A stretch of 64,000 bases of DNA from Solirubrobacteraceae bacterium (GTDB lineage: Bacteria > Actinomycetota > Thermoleophilia > Solirubrobacterales > Solirubrobacteraceae), in NCBI GenBank assembly GCA_036269915.1, contig DATBDM010000131.1, positions 4,749-68,748 of the forward strand, read 5' to 3'. The notes under the pieces were generated by a model that searched no databases, was not told the origin of the DNA, and worked only from the letters and a program-made list of their open reading frames with translations. Shown here one piece after another: positions 32,256 through 42,200 of this stretch (positions within the stretch are counted from its first letter, which is position 1; the number at the start of each line of letters is the position of its first letter). The position numbers were made by a program, and so were the translations under genes.

Positions 32256-34313
32256 GTGTACATGCGCCGTCCGTCCGGTCGTGGGAACCGTGCTGTCCCC
32301 TGCCTGCTCGCCTCCGGCGTGCTGGCGACCGCTGCCCTGCTCGCGCTCCAGCTCGGCGGCGCGCCCGCGGCGACCGTACAGGCCGCCTTCAGCGCACTGG
32401 TCGGCGTCGCGGTCGTGCTGATCTTCGCCGGCTCGCGTTCCCGCAGCCGGGAGCGGGCGCTCTGGCCGGTGGTCGGTGCGGCGATGACCTTCAACGCGCT
32501 CTGTGAGGTCGGCGCCGGCTGGTCGCGAGTGGCGGACGGCGGGCCGTGGGGTCCGCTCAGCGTCGCCGCCGGGGTGCTCGTCGTCCCGCTCGCCATCTTC
32601 TCGCTCGTCCTGCTCCTGCGCGAGCGCGTCGGCCGGCTGCGCGCCGTCGCCGCGTTCGACGGCCTGACCGCCGCGCTGGTGATCCAGACCCTGATCGCGC
32701 TCGCGCTGCTGGGTCCCGTCGAGCACGCGCTCGCCGATCGCGGCTTCGTCGCCTCGGTCACGCTGCTCTACCCGCTCGCCGACCTACTCGTCGTCGGCGT
32801 GATCGGGGCGGCGGCCGCCCAGCACGGCTGGCGCCCCGGCAGCTGGAGCTGGCTGCTGCTCGGGCTCGTCGTCATCACCGCCGGCGACTCGGCGCAGGTC
32901 GCCGACGTGGTCCGTCCCGACGGCGCCGGCGGCTCGGCGAACGTCGCGTGGCTTGCGGGGACCTGGCTGGTCGCCGTCGCCGCGTGGGCTCCGGTCCCGC
33001 CGAAGCCCGGTGAGATCAGCCCGCGCCACTGGGTCCCGATCAGCTTCAGCGTGCTCGCGCTGGCGCTGCTGATCGTCACCGCGTCGCGGCCCGCGGACTA
33101 CCCGCTGGCGCTCGTCCTCGCCGCGTGCGCGCTCGCCGCCGTGCTCGCCCGCTTCGCCCTGACGCTGCGCGCGAACGCGCGGATGCTGCTCGACGCGCAG
33201 CACGAGGCGATGACCGATGCCCTGACCGGCCTGCCGAACCGCCGCCGCCTGACGGCCGACCTCGAGGCACGGATCTCGAGCTGCAGGGGCACGGGCTGCG
33301 CGCTCGCGCTCTACGACCTCAACGGGTTCAAGGACTACAACGACACCTACGGCCACGCCGCGGGCGACGCACTGCTGATCACGCTGTCGGAGAAGCTGCG
33401 CGAGGCCGTCGACGGCCGCGCGATCGCCTATCGCATGGGCGGCGACGAGTTCTGCGTGCTGGTCGACTGCGACACCACCGAGGACCCGGGCGCCATCGCC
33501 TCGCACGCGGCGTTCGCGCTCGACCTCGGCACCCAGGGCTTCGAGGTCAACGCCGCCCACGGGCTCGTCCTGCTCCCGTCGGAGGCCGACAACGCCAGCG
33601 ACGCGCTGCGGCTCGCCGACGTGCGCATGTACGAGGACAAGGAGCGCCGGCGGATGGGTCCGCGGCGCCAGGCCGCCCGCGCGCTGATGCAGGCGCTGGT
33701 CGAGCGCGACGCCGGCCTGCACGAGCACGTCGAGGGCGTGCAGAGCCTCGCCACCGAGGTCGCCGAGCGCCTCGGCCTCGACCCGACCGAGGTCGAGCGC
33801 GTGCGCCTCGGCGCGCTGCTGCACGACGTCGGCAAGATCGCGATCCCCGACTCGATCCTGCACAAGCCCGGCCCGCTGAGCGAGGGCGAGTGGACGCTGA
33901 TGCACCGCCACACGCTGATCGGGCAGCGCATCCTGGAGCGCGCGCCGGCGCTGGCCGACGTCGCGCTGCTCGTCCGCTCGAGCCACGAGCGCGTCGACGG
34001 CGGCGGATACCCCGACGGCCTCGTCGCCGACGCGATCCCCGTCGGCGCGCGCGTCATCGCCGTCTGCGACGCCTACGACGCAATGGTCTCCACGCGCAGC
34101 TACCGCGCCGCGCTCGGCTCAGAGGAGGCGCTGACCGAGCTGCGTCGCTGCGCCGGCGCCCAGTTCGACGCCGACGTCGTCGAGCTGTTCGTCGCCGCCG
34201 TCCGTCAGCGGGCCGAGACCGACAGGACCGGCGGCAGCCGCGTCGCCGCGTCGAACCACGACGCGCCGGCGTCGCCCGTGCCGAACACGTCGCCCGAGGT
34301 CGCACCGAAGTAG
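32256..34313 (+). CDS. membrane-anchored GGDEF / HD-GYP protein
   Basis: About 290 aa of TM helices. 'DALTGLPNRRRL', 'DLNGFKDYND', 'RMGGDEFCVL'. HD-GYP domain 'HVEGVQSLATEVAE', 'GALLHDVGKIAIPDSIL', 'HRHTLIGQRIL', 'VRSSHERVDGGGYPDGL'. The 3' tail overlaps the convergent gene by 109 nt. Confidence 0.88.
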   Translation: MYMRRPSGRGNRAVPCLLASGVLATAALLALQLGGAPAATVQAAFSALVGVAVVLIFAGSRSRSRERALWPVVGAAMTFNALCEVGAGWSRVADGGPWGPLSVAAGVLVVPLAIFSLVLLLRERVGRLRAVAAFDGLTAALVIQTLIALALLGPVEHALADRGFVASVTLLYPLADLLVVGVIGAAAAQHGWRPGSWSWLLLGLVVITAGDSAQVADVVRPDGAGGSANVAWLAGTWLVAVAAWAPVPPKPGEISPRHWVPISFSVLALALLIVTASRPADYPLALVLAACALAAVLARFALTLRANARMLLDAQHEAMTDALTGLPNRRRLTADLEARISSCRGTGCALALYDLNGFKDYNDTYGHAAGDALLITLSEKLREAVDGRAIAYRMGGDEFCVLVDCDTTEDPGAIASHAAFALDLGTQGFEVNAAHGLVLLPSEADNASDALRLADVRMYEDKERRRMGPRRQAARALMQALVERDAGLHEHVEGVQSLATEVAERLGLDPTEVERVRLGALLHDVGKIAIPDSILHKPGPLSEGEWTLMHRHTLIGQRILERAPALADVALLVRSSHERVDGGGYPDGLVADAIPVGARVIAVCDAYDAMVSTRSYRAALGSEEALTELRRCAGAQFDADVVELFVAAVRQRAETDRTGGSRVAASNHDAPASPVPNTSPEVAPK

Positions 34314-35272
34314 AGCTCGAGCGCGGCGCCCTCGCCGCGCCAGTCGAGCGCCTCGCGCAGCACCGTGAGATAGGCGTGCCGGGACGGCAGCCCATCGCCT
34401 CCGCGCGCGGTCCAACTCGCGCCGGCGTCGCGCGTCTCCCAGACCCGGACCCGCCCGTCCGGCGTCACGCGATCGGTGTCGCCGACGAGCGGGATCACGT
34501 AGGCCGCATCGGGATCGGCGGGATCGATGGCGAGCGGGAACCCGAAGTCCGAGGGCAGTCCCGGGGCGATGTCCTGCCAGGACTCGCCGGCGTCGTCGGA
34601 GCGGTAGACGCCGCCGTGGAACTGCATGAAGAGCCGCTCAGGGCGGCTCGGCGAGCGGTGCAGCCGGTGCACGCAGAGGCCGATCTCCTCCTCCGGCGTG
34701 TCCTCGGGCAGGTAGCGCGGGTAGAGCCCGCGGTTGCCGCGCCGCCAGCTCGCGCCGCCGTCGTCGGTCAGCCACACGCCCGCGGCCGAGATCGCGACCG
34801 CGAGGCGGTCGGGCTCGCCGGGCCAGGTGACGATCGAGTGCAGGCACAGCCCGCCGCCACCCGGCATCCACTTGGGTCGCGTCGGGTGCTCCCAGAGCCC
34901 GCGGTCCAGCGTCCAGCTCTCGCCGCCGTCGACGCTCTTGAAGAGCACGCCGGGATCGCCGCCCGCCCACAGCAGGCCATCGGCCTCGCCGAGCACGATG
35001 GTCCAGATGCGCTCGAGCGCCTGCTCGCCGCCCGCCGGCAGCGCGACGCCCTCGGCCTGCTGCCACTCGCCCGCGGGATCGTCGATCCACCAGAGCTTCG
35101 GCCCGTAGAACGCGGAGGTCACCGAGGCGACGACGCGGCCGGTGCGCGGGTCGCGGACCGCGTTCTCGACGGTCTCGCCCGGGAAGGCGCGCGCGGTCAC
35201 CTCGAAGGCGTCGCCCGGCTCCCCCTCGAGCGCGAAGAGCCCCTTGCGTGTGCCGATCAACAGCTCGGTCAT
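34205..35272 (-). CDS. cytoplasmic BNR/Asp-box repeat beta-propeller protein (sialidase-superfamily fold)
   Basis: 355 aa from ATG 35272 (ATGA overlap with the upstream stop). Five Asp-boxes: 'SVDGGESW', 'TDDGGASW', 'SDDAGESW', 'TRDAGASW', 'TGDAGASW'. No signal peptide (the protein begins 'MTELLIGTRKGLFALEGE'). Confidence 0.75.
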   Translation of the reverse strand: MTELLIGTRKGLFALEGEPGDAFEVTARAFPGETVENAVRDPRTGRVVASVTSAFYGPKLWWIDDPAGEWQQAEGVALPAGGEQALERIWTIVLGEADGLLWAGGDPGVLFKSVDGGESWTLDRGLWEHPTRPKWMPGGGGLCLHSIVTWPGEPDRLAVAISAAGVWLTDDGGASWRRGNRGLYPRYLPEDTPEEEIGLCVHRLHRSPSRPERLFMQFHGGVYRSDDAGESWQDIAPGLPSDFGFPLAIDPADPDAAYVIPLVGDTDRVTPDGRVRVWETRDAGASWTARGGDGLPSRHAYLTVLREALDWRGEGAALELYFGATSGDVFGTGDAGASWFDAATRLPPVLSVSAR

Positions 35273-35538
35273 GTTCCTCCGGAGATCGCGGGAAGCACGT
35301 CGACCCGGTCGCCGTCGCCGACGGCCGTCCCCGCCGCGCACAGCTCGCCGTTGACGAACACGTTGATGTGCCGCCGCAGCTGCCCGCGCTCGTCGAGGAT
35401 CCAGCCGCCGACCGCGGGTTGCTCGCGTTCGAGCTCCTGCAGGAGCTCGAGCACGGTCGCGCCCGCGAGCGGATGCTCGGAGCGATCACCGGCGAGCCGC
35501 TTCAGCGGCTGGCGGAGGCACACGATGACCTGGGTCAC
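35269..35538 (-). CDS. MoaD/ThiS-family ubiquitin-like (beta-grasp) sulfur-carrier-type protein ending GG-T
   Basis: 89 aa. 'TVLELLQELEREQPAVGGWILDERGQLRRHINVFVNGE...GDGDRVDVLPAISGGT' shows the MoaD/ThiS length and C-terminal pattern, with a di-glycine followed by one extra residue. Confidence 0.7.
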   Translation of the reverse strand: MTQVIVCLRQPLKRLAGDRSEHPLAGATVLELLQELEREQPAVGGWILDERGQLRRHINVFVNGELCAAGTAVGDGDRVDVLPAISGGT

Positions 35539-35707
35539 ACCGATGCAGACCCTACGCGCACCGGAAACTCATCGCTGCCAGTGCGAGATCCCCTCGGATA
35601 GCGACGTGGATTCGATCCGGACCGACTTTGCCTTCCATGTCGAGGCAAACTCGGCGCAGATTCCCCCGACCGCAAGTTCCCGTTCATGTCGTCGTTCTGG
35701 GAATCCA

Positions 35708-38700
35708 ATGAGACCTTCACGTTGGACGTCGACGCGCGCCACCGCCGGGCTGGTCGCGCTGCTGCTGGTGCTGGTCCTTCCCGCGAGCGCCGGCGCGGTC
35801 GCGCAGATCCTCCCGGGCCAGGCCGGGCTCAAGGATCTGGACGCGCGCTCCGGACGGGTCGCGCCGTCCGCGGCCGCCAGGCAGGCGGTCTCGGACCTCG
35901 GCGCAACCGTGGAGTGGAACCGGTACGGGACCCCCGCCTCGCTGCTGGCGAAGTCCGGCTTCCTGAGCGCCCCGACCAGCGGCGGCGCGGCCACGATCGC
36001 GCGCGGCTTCATCGCCGCGCACCGCGAGCTGTTCCGGCTCTCCGCGGCCGACGTCGACGCGCTGAAGGTCCTCAACGACGCCAAGCTCGTCGCCTCCGAC
36101 GGCCACGCCGTGCTGTTCCGCCAGCAATTCGGCAACCTCGCCGCGGGCCACGACGGCATGATCACCGTCGGCGTCAGCGGCGGCCGCGTCGCGTACGTGT
36201 CCTCCTCGGCCGCGGGCAGCCAGGACGCCCCCGCCGCCGCGACGCTCACCCCGGCCGAGGCGTGGCTCGCCGCCGCCCACAACGCCGGCCTGAACGTCAC
36301 ACGCGCCGACCTCGGCACGCTGCGCACCCACGACGGTTGGACCCGCTTCGGCGTCAACGGCCTTGCCACGCCGGCCATCCCCGGGTCCAAGGACAACGTC
36401 GACCAGCGCGCGCGGCTCGTCGCCTTCCCGACCTACACGCAGGGCGTGCGGGCGGCGTTCGAGACGATCGTGCTCGACGTCGACGGCGGCAGCGCGCGGG
36501 CGTACCGCTCGTTCGTCGACGCGCGCACCGGCGAGGTGCTGCTGCGCTCCAACGAGGTCAAGCAGGCCGCCGGCGACGAGAACGGCAGCGGCAGCTTCTC
36601 CGGCAGCACGGCCGACGGCGCCAACGGCTGCGGCAAGCCGCACGTCGTCAACGCCGGCGGCGCCTACTCGATCGCCGCCTTTGCGACCGCGAACGTGCCG
36701 TCGGACGACATCGTGCTGCGCCTGATCGGGCCCGACGGCAAGGCCGTCGCCTCGTCGGACACGGGCACGAGCCCCGAGGCCGTCACCTACGACCAGCCCG
36801 GCGGGACGATCCCCGACGGCGCGTATCAGCTCGTCGTCTGCAAGTTCGCCGACCCGACGGTCCCCGCGACCGGCGATGCCTTCGACTACACCGGCGGCTA
36901 CACGGTGAACACGACCGCCGCGGCCCCGAGCGCCGCCGGCAACCCGTCGTGGGACTTCTTCGACGCGAGCCCCACGGACGCCGGCACCGACACGCGCGTG
37001 ACGGGCTGCTACCTCAGCGCCGCCGGCTGCGACCTCGGCCTGAGCAGCACGGCCGCCCGCGGCCCGTGGGACGCGATCCCGCAGTCGGGGACGCCCTCCT
37101 TCACCACGCAGGGCAACGCCGCCCGCACCGCCGAGGCGCGGACGACCCCGCTCTCGCCCGGCCCGTTCGGCTTCATGCCGACGTCGCTGTCGCGCGAGTA
37201 CCGCTTCCCGTTCGAGAACCAGTGGGCGAAGTCCCAGTGCGACCCGACGGCGCTCGCGGTCCCGGGCTCGGGGGCCGACATCTCGGCCGCCGTCGCGAAC
37301 CTGTTCAGCGGCCACAACCGCTTCCACGACTTCGCGTACCACCTGGGCTTCACCGAGCGCAACTACAACCTGCAGCAGTCGAACTTCGGGGCGACCGAGC
37401 CCGGCCGTGACGGCGATCCCGAGCTCGGCAACGTGCAGGCGGGCGCCCTCACCGGCGGCGCGCCGACCTACGAAGGCCGTGACAACGCGAACCAGATCGC
37501 GCTCAACGACGGCATCCCCGGCATCACCAACCAGTACCTGTTCCAGCCGATCGCGGGCGCGTTCTACGGGCCGTGCGTCGACGGCGACCTCGACACCTCG
37601 GTGTTCGGCCACGAGTACACCCACGCGATCTCCAACCGCATGGTCGGCGGCCCCGACGACGGGCTGACCGGCTTCCAGGGCGGCGCGATGGGCGAGAGCT
37701 GGTCCGACCTCGTGGCGCTCGAGTACCTGCACGCGCACGACTACGTGCCGGCCGACGGCGAGAACCCGTGGGCCGAGGGCGCCTACGCCACCGGCAACAA
37801 GCAGGTCGGCATCCGCGACTACGCGCTGGACGCCAACCCGCTCAACTACGCCGACGTCGGCTTCGACACGCCGGGCCCCGAGGTGCACGCCGACGGCGAG
37901 ATCTGGAACGGCGTCAACTACGACATCCGCCAGGCGCTCGTGCGCTCCTACGACGCGACGTTCCCGTCGACCGACAAGGCGCTGCAGCTGCGCTGCGCCG
38001 ACGGCCGGCCCGGCGGCAACGCCCCGGAGGCGCCGCTGCCGCCCGAGCAGTGCCCGGGCAATCGGCGCTGGATCCAGATCGTGTTCGACGCGTTCCTGCT
38101 CCAGCAGGGCGACACGAGCATGCTGACCGCGCGCGACGCCTACCTGGCCGCCGACCGGATGCGCTTCGGCGGCGCCAACCAGGCGGAGCTGTGGAACGCG
38201 TTCGCCAAGCGCGGCATGGGCGAGTCGGCGTCGACCGACACGACCGAGGACAACCAGCCCACCCCTGGCTACGACTCCCCGCTCGCGAACAACGCGACGG
38301 TCACGTTCGCCACGACCGACGCCGGCAGCGCCGCGGCGATCCCGTCGACGGTCTACGTCGGCCGCTACGAGGCGCGCGCGACGCCGATCGCCGACACCGA
38401 TCCGGCCACGCCGCTCGGCGCGACGGCGAAGCTCGTGCCGGGCACCTACGACGTGTACGTGCGCTCCGCCGGCCACGGCCTGCGGCGCTTCTCCGTCACG
38501 GTCGGCGCCGGCCAGACGCTGACGAGGTCGTTCGCGCTCACGCCCAACGTGGCGTCCAAGAGCTCCGGCGCCTCGGCGTCCGGGGCGGGCACGAACCTCG
38601 ACGACCTGATCGACGACAGCGAGTCGACGACCTGGGACGCCATGACCACCACTCCGGTCAACGTCACGCGGCCGTCGGTCACCGTCTCCTTCGCCGGCGC

Positions 38701-39121
38701 CAAGCCGGTCAAGACGGTCGCGGTGAGCGCGTTGCTGGACCCGGACGACCCGGACGGCGACGAGGGCCGCTTCAGCGCCCTGCGCCGCTTCGAGGTCGAG
38801 TCCTGCGACGGGCGCACGGCGAACTGCTCGCTGCCGACGAGCTGGAAGCCGCTGTACACGAGCCCGGCCGACGCCTTCCCGGGCACGATCCCGCGCCCGC
38901 TGGCGCCGAACCTGACCCTGCGGACGTTCGACGTCCCGGACACGGTCGCGACGCAGCTGCGCTTCACCGCGCTCGAGAACCAGTGCACGGGCGGCCCCGC
39001 CTACCAGGGCGAGCAGGATGCCGACCCGACCAACGCGACCGACTGCGTCACCGGCTCCGATCAGGGCACGGTGCTGCACGCCGCCGAGTTCGAGGTGTTC
39101 GGGCAGAACATCACCGGCTGA
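35708..39121 (+). CDS. secreted M36 (fungalysin-type) metalloprotease with FTP propeptide and C-terminal discoidin/F5-8C-like domain
   Basis: 1137 aa from ATG 35708 inside ORF 33125..39121. Signal peptide 'GLVALLLVLVLPASAGA'. FTP-like 'ARGFIAAHRELFRLSAADVDALKVL'. Zinc site 'VFGHEYTHAISNRMVGG' plus 'GAMGESWSDL'. 'EIWNGVNYD'. C-terminal 'NLDDLIDDSESTTWD...LRFTALENQCTG'. Confidence 0.8.
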   Translation: MRPSRWTSTRATAGLVALLLVLVLPASAGAVAQILPGQAGLKDLDARSGRVAPSAAARQAVSDLGATVEWNRYGTPASLLAKSGFLSAPTSGGAATIARGFIAAHRELFRLSAADVDALKVLNDAKLVASDGHAVLFRQQFGNLAAGHDGMITVGVSGGRVAYVSSSAAGSQDAPAAATLTPAEAWLAAAHNAGLNVTRADLGTLRTHDGWTRFGVNGLATPAIPGSKDNVDQRARLVAFPTYTQGVRAAFETIVLDVDGGSARAYRSFVDARTGEVLLRSNEVKQAAGDENGSGSFSGSTADGANGCGKPHVVNAGGAYSIAAFATANVPSDDIVLRLIGPDGKAVASSDTGTSPEAVTYDQPGGTIPDGAYQLVVCKFADPTVPATGDAFDYTGGYTVNTTAAAPSAAGNPSWDFFDASPTDAGTDTRVTGCYLSAAGCDLGLSSTAARGPWDAIPQSGTPSFTTQGNAARTAEARTTPLSPGPFGFMPTSLSREYRFPFENQWAKSQCDPTALAVPGSGADISAAVANLFSGHNRFHDFAYHLGFTERNYNLQQSNFGATEPGRDGDPELGNVQAGALTGGAPTYEGRDNANQIALNDGIPGITNQYLFQPIAGAFYGPCVDGDLDTSVFGHEYTHAISNRMVGGPDDGLTGFQGGAMGESWSDLVALEYLHAHDYVPADGENPWAEGAYATGNKQVGIRDYALDANPLNYADVGFDTPGPEVHADGEIWNGVNYDIRQALVRSYDATFPSTDKALQLRCADGRPGGNAPEAPLPPEQCPGNRRWIQIVFDAFLLQQGDTSMLTARDAYLAADRMRFGGANQAELWNAFAKRGMGESASTDTTEDNQPTPGYDSPLANNATVTFATTDAGSAAAIPSTVYVGRYEARATPIADTDPATPLGATAKLVPGTYDVYVRSAGHGLRRFSVTVGAGQTLTRSFALTPNVASKSSGASASGAGTNLDDLIDDSESTTWDAMTTTPVNVTRPSVTVSFAGAKPVKTVAVSALLDPDDPDGDEGRFSALRRFEVESCDGRTANCSLPTSWKPLYTSPADAFPGTIPRPLAPNLTLRTFDVPDTVATQLRFTALENQCTGGPAYQGEQDADPTNATDCVTGSDQGTVLHAAEFEVFGQNITG

Positions 39122-39222
39122 CGTCCGCTTCCGGACTTCGACCGGGACTGGCAAACCGGCTCCCCTTCCCGGCCGGCGCGACGCACCAGTAGCGTCGTGC
39201 CGACCGGGTCTGAGGGGGAGCC

Positions 39223-42200
39223 ATGCGGAAGTTCTGGATGGTCGTCGCGACGGCGGCGACCGTGGTCGGGCTGACGGGCAGCGCGCAGGCGCAGCAGCCG
39301 TCGCCGAGCGGGACGGCGAGCGGCCAGCCGGGCGCGCTGTCGCACTACGGCCTCGCGCGCAAGGACTGCATCGGGACCGCGCGCGACCGCCGCTCGAAGA
39401 CGTGGTTCACGGTCGCCGACGGCGTCCTGTCCGACGTCCTCTTCCCCACCGCCGACAACACCAACGTCGAGACGCTGCAGTACGTCGTCACCGACGGCAG
39501 CTCGTTCACCGACCTGCAGACGCGCGACATGACCTACCGCGTCGCGGCGACCGACGACCGCGCGCTGACCTGCCGCGTCACGGCCACCGCCAAGAGCGGG
39601 CGCTACCGGATCGTCACCGACTACGTGACCGACCCCGACCGCTCCACCGTCGTCATGCGCACCCACTTCGACGCGCTGCGCGGCAAGGCGTCCGACTACA
39701 AGCTCTACGTCCGCTTCGACCCGAACCTCAACGGCAACGGCGGCGGCGGCGCCGACAACGCGGGCTCGGATTCCGGCACGGTCGCGCGCTCCGGCGGCCA
39801 CACGCTGCTGATCGGCTCCGATCCCGTCACGGCGACCAACGCCGCCAACCGCGACTACGCGATCCCGGTCTACTCGGCGCTCGACACCGACCGCGGCTTC
39901 CGCCAGGTCTCCAACGGCTACGCGGGCACGTCAAGCGACGGCCTCACCCAGCTCGACGCCGCGCACGCGCTGACGACCCCGACGGCGGACGCGCCGAAGG
40001 GCAACCTGGTGCAGACCGCGCAGGTCGACCTCGCCCACGGCGACGCGACGCTCGCGCTCGGCTTCGGCGACAGCCAGGCGCACGCGGTCGGCGCAGCCCA
40101 GGGCAGCCTCGGCGAGCGCTACGACAAGCTCGCGCGCGATTACGCCTCGACGTGGCACGACTACGCCCGCACGCTCGACCGCCCGAAGCGCCCGCGCGGC
40201 ACCTCGGAGTCCGCCTGGCGCAGCCTCGTAGACGAGTACTACGTGAGCGCGTTCGCGGTGAAGGCCGCCGAGGACAAGACGTTCCCGGGCGCTGTCTCGG
40301 CCGCGCTGGGCTCGCCGTGGGGGCAGGCGGTCTCGGCCGGCGATCCCGCGCGCACGTACTTCGGCTCCTACCGCGAGGTGTTCGCCCGCGACCTCTACGA
40401 GGCATGGAGCTCGCTGTTCGTGGCAGGCGACCGCGGGACGGCGCGGGCCATGACGCGCTTCCTCTTCGAGCGCCAGCAGCTGCCCGACGGCTCGATGCCG
40501 CGCAACAGCCTGACCAACGGCAAGGTCGCGCCCGACTCGTTCAACACCCAGCTCGACGAGTGCGCCTACCCGCTGGTGATGGCGCTCGCCTCCGGCTTCA
40601 CCTCGCGCTCGTTCTACGAGGCGCACATCAAGCGCGCGGCGAACTTCGTCGCCACCCGCGGGCCGTCGTTCGGCCCGGAGCGCTGGGAGGAGCAGAGCGG
40701 CTTCTCGCCCTCGACGATCTCCGCCGAGATCGCCGGCCTGCTCGCGGCGGCGACGATCGCCGACCGCAACGGCGACGCGAGGTCCGCGCGCGTGTGGCGC
40801 GGCGTCGCCGACGAGTTCCAGCGCAACCTCAAGCGCTGGACGCTGACCACCAACGGCCCGCTCTCGAACCGGCCGTACTTCATCCGGCTCTCCAAGGACG
40901 GCGACCCGAACGCGGCGACGAGCTACTCGCTGGGCAACAGCGACCGGCCGCCGGTCGACCAGCGCAGCGTCATCGACGACGGCTTCCTCGAGTACGCGCG
41001 CCTCGGCGTGATGAGCCCGCGGGACGCCGACCTCGTCCGCTCGCTCGACGTCGTCGACGCGACCATCCTGCGCCACACGTCGAGCGGCGACGGCTTCTAC
41101 CGCTACAACGGCGACGGCTACGGGGACGGCGCGAGCGACGGGCATCCGTGGGAGCCCAGCCACAAGGGCGATGGCCATCTGTGGCCGGTGCTCGCCGGCG
41201 AGCGCGGTCAGTACGAGCTCGACACCGGCGACAGCCAGGCTGCCGTCCGGCGCCTGCAGGCGATGGACGCGATGGGCTCGGGCGTCGGGCTGATCCCGGA
41301 GCAGGCGTGGGAGCTCGCCGACCTCGCGCGCTCGCCGTTCGGCACGCCGCCGGAGACCGCCTCGATCGGCTTCGTCAACGGCAAGCCCGCCGGCTCGGTG
41401 GCCCCGCTGACCTGGTCGGCGGCGCAGTTCGTGCGCCTCACCGCCGACGTCTCGGCCCAGGCGATCCTCGACCGCCCGCGGCAGACGACCAACCGCTACG
41501 TCCGCCACACGCAGCGCCAGACGGCGCTGACCGTCGACGCGCCGGCCGACCGCACGATCGTGACGTCGCCGGTCACGGTCGCGGGCACATCCACGCCGGG
41601 CAACCGGATCACGATCGCGGCCTCGAACCTCGACGAGAACACCGCCACCACCACGACCGAGATCACCGTCGGCTCGTCCGGCTCGTTCTCCGTGCCGGTC
41701 GCGCTGACCGGCGGGCGCTCGGTGCTCAACATCGTCGCCACGAGCCCCTCGGGCGCCACCGCGCGCGCGGTGCGCACGGTCGTCGTGCTGGCGGCGACGG
41801 CGCCGGTGATCTTCCAGGCCGACGACCCGTCCGGCGACGACCACGGGCCGGGCAACTACGCGTACCCGACCGATCCGCAGTTCCATGACGGCGCGTTCGA
41901 CATCGAGCAGTTCCAGGTGCTCGACACGGGCGACACGGTCACGTTCCGCGTGCGCACGCGCGACCTGACGCCGACCTTCGGCAGCCCGCTCGGCGCGCAG
42001 CTGGTCGACGTCTACGTCCACGTGCCGGGCGCGAGCCCGACCTCGACCGCCGCGTCGTTCCCCGGCCGCAACCACACGATCGCCCCAGGCGGCGCGTGGA
42101 GCCGGCTGCTCGAGGTGCAGGGCTTCGGCCAGCGCTACGTCGACGCGAGCGGCAACACGCTCGGCACGATCGACATCCGCGCCGACGACATCTCGCGCTA

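Noticed and set aside
35601-35625. tRNA T-arm-like string GGATTCGATCC upstream of the M36 protease gene.
   Set aside because: The flanking bases do not form the T-stem. No acceptor stem, anticodon arm or D-arm can be drawn on either strand.
33125-35707. N-terminal read-through portions of very long track ORFs: 33125..39121 (1998 aa), 43086..48398 (1770 aa), 57361..61932 (1523 aa), 48304..52659 (1451 aa), 4487..7624 and 21430..24486.
   Set aside because: Only the C-terminal parts show real protein motifs. The upstream parts overlap well-supported genes on the other strand and are low-complexity. I trimmed these ORFs to the first start codon that precedes the recognisable domain.
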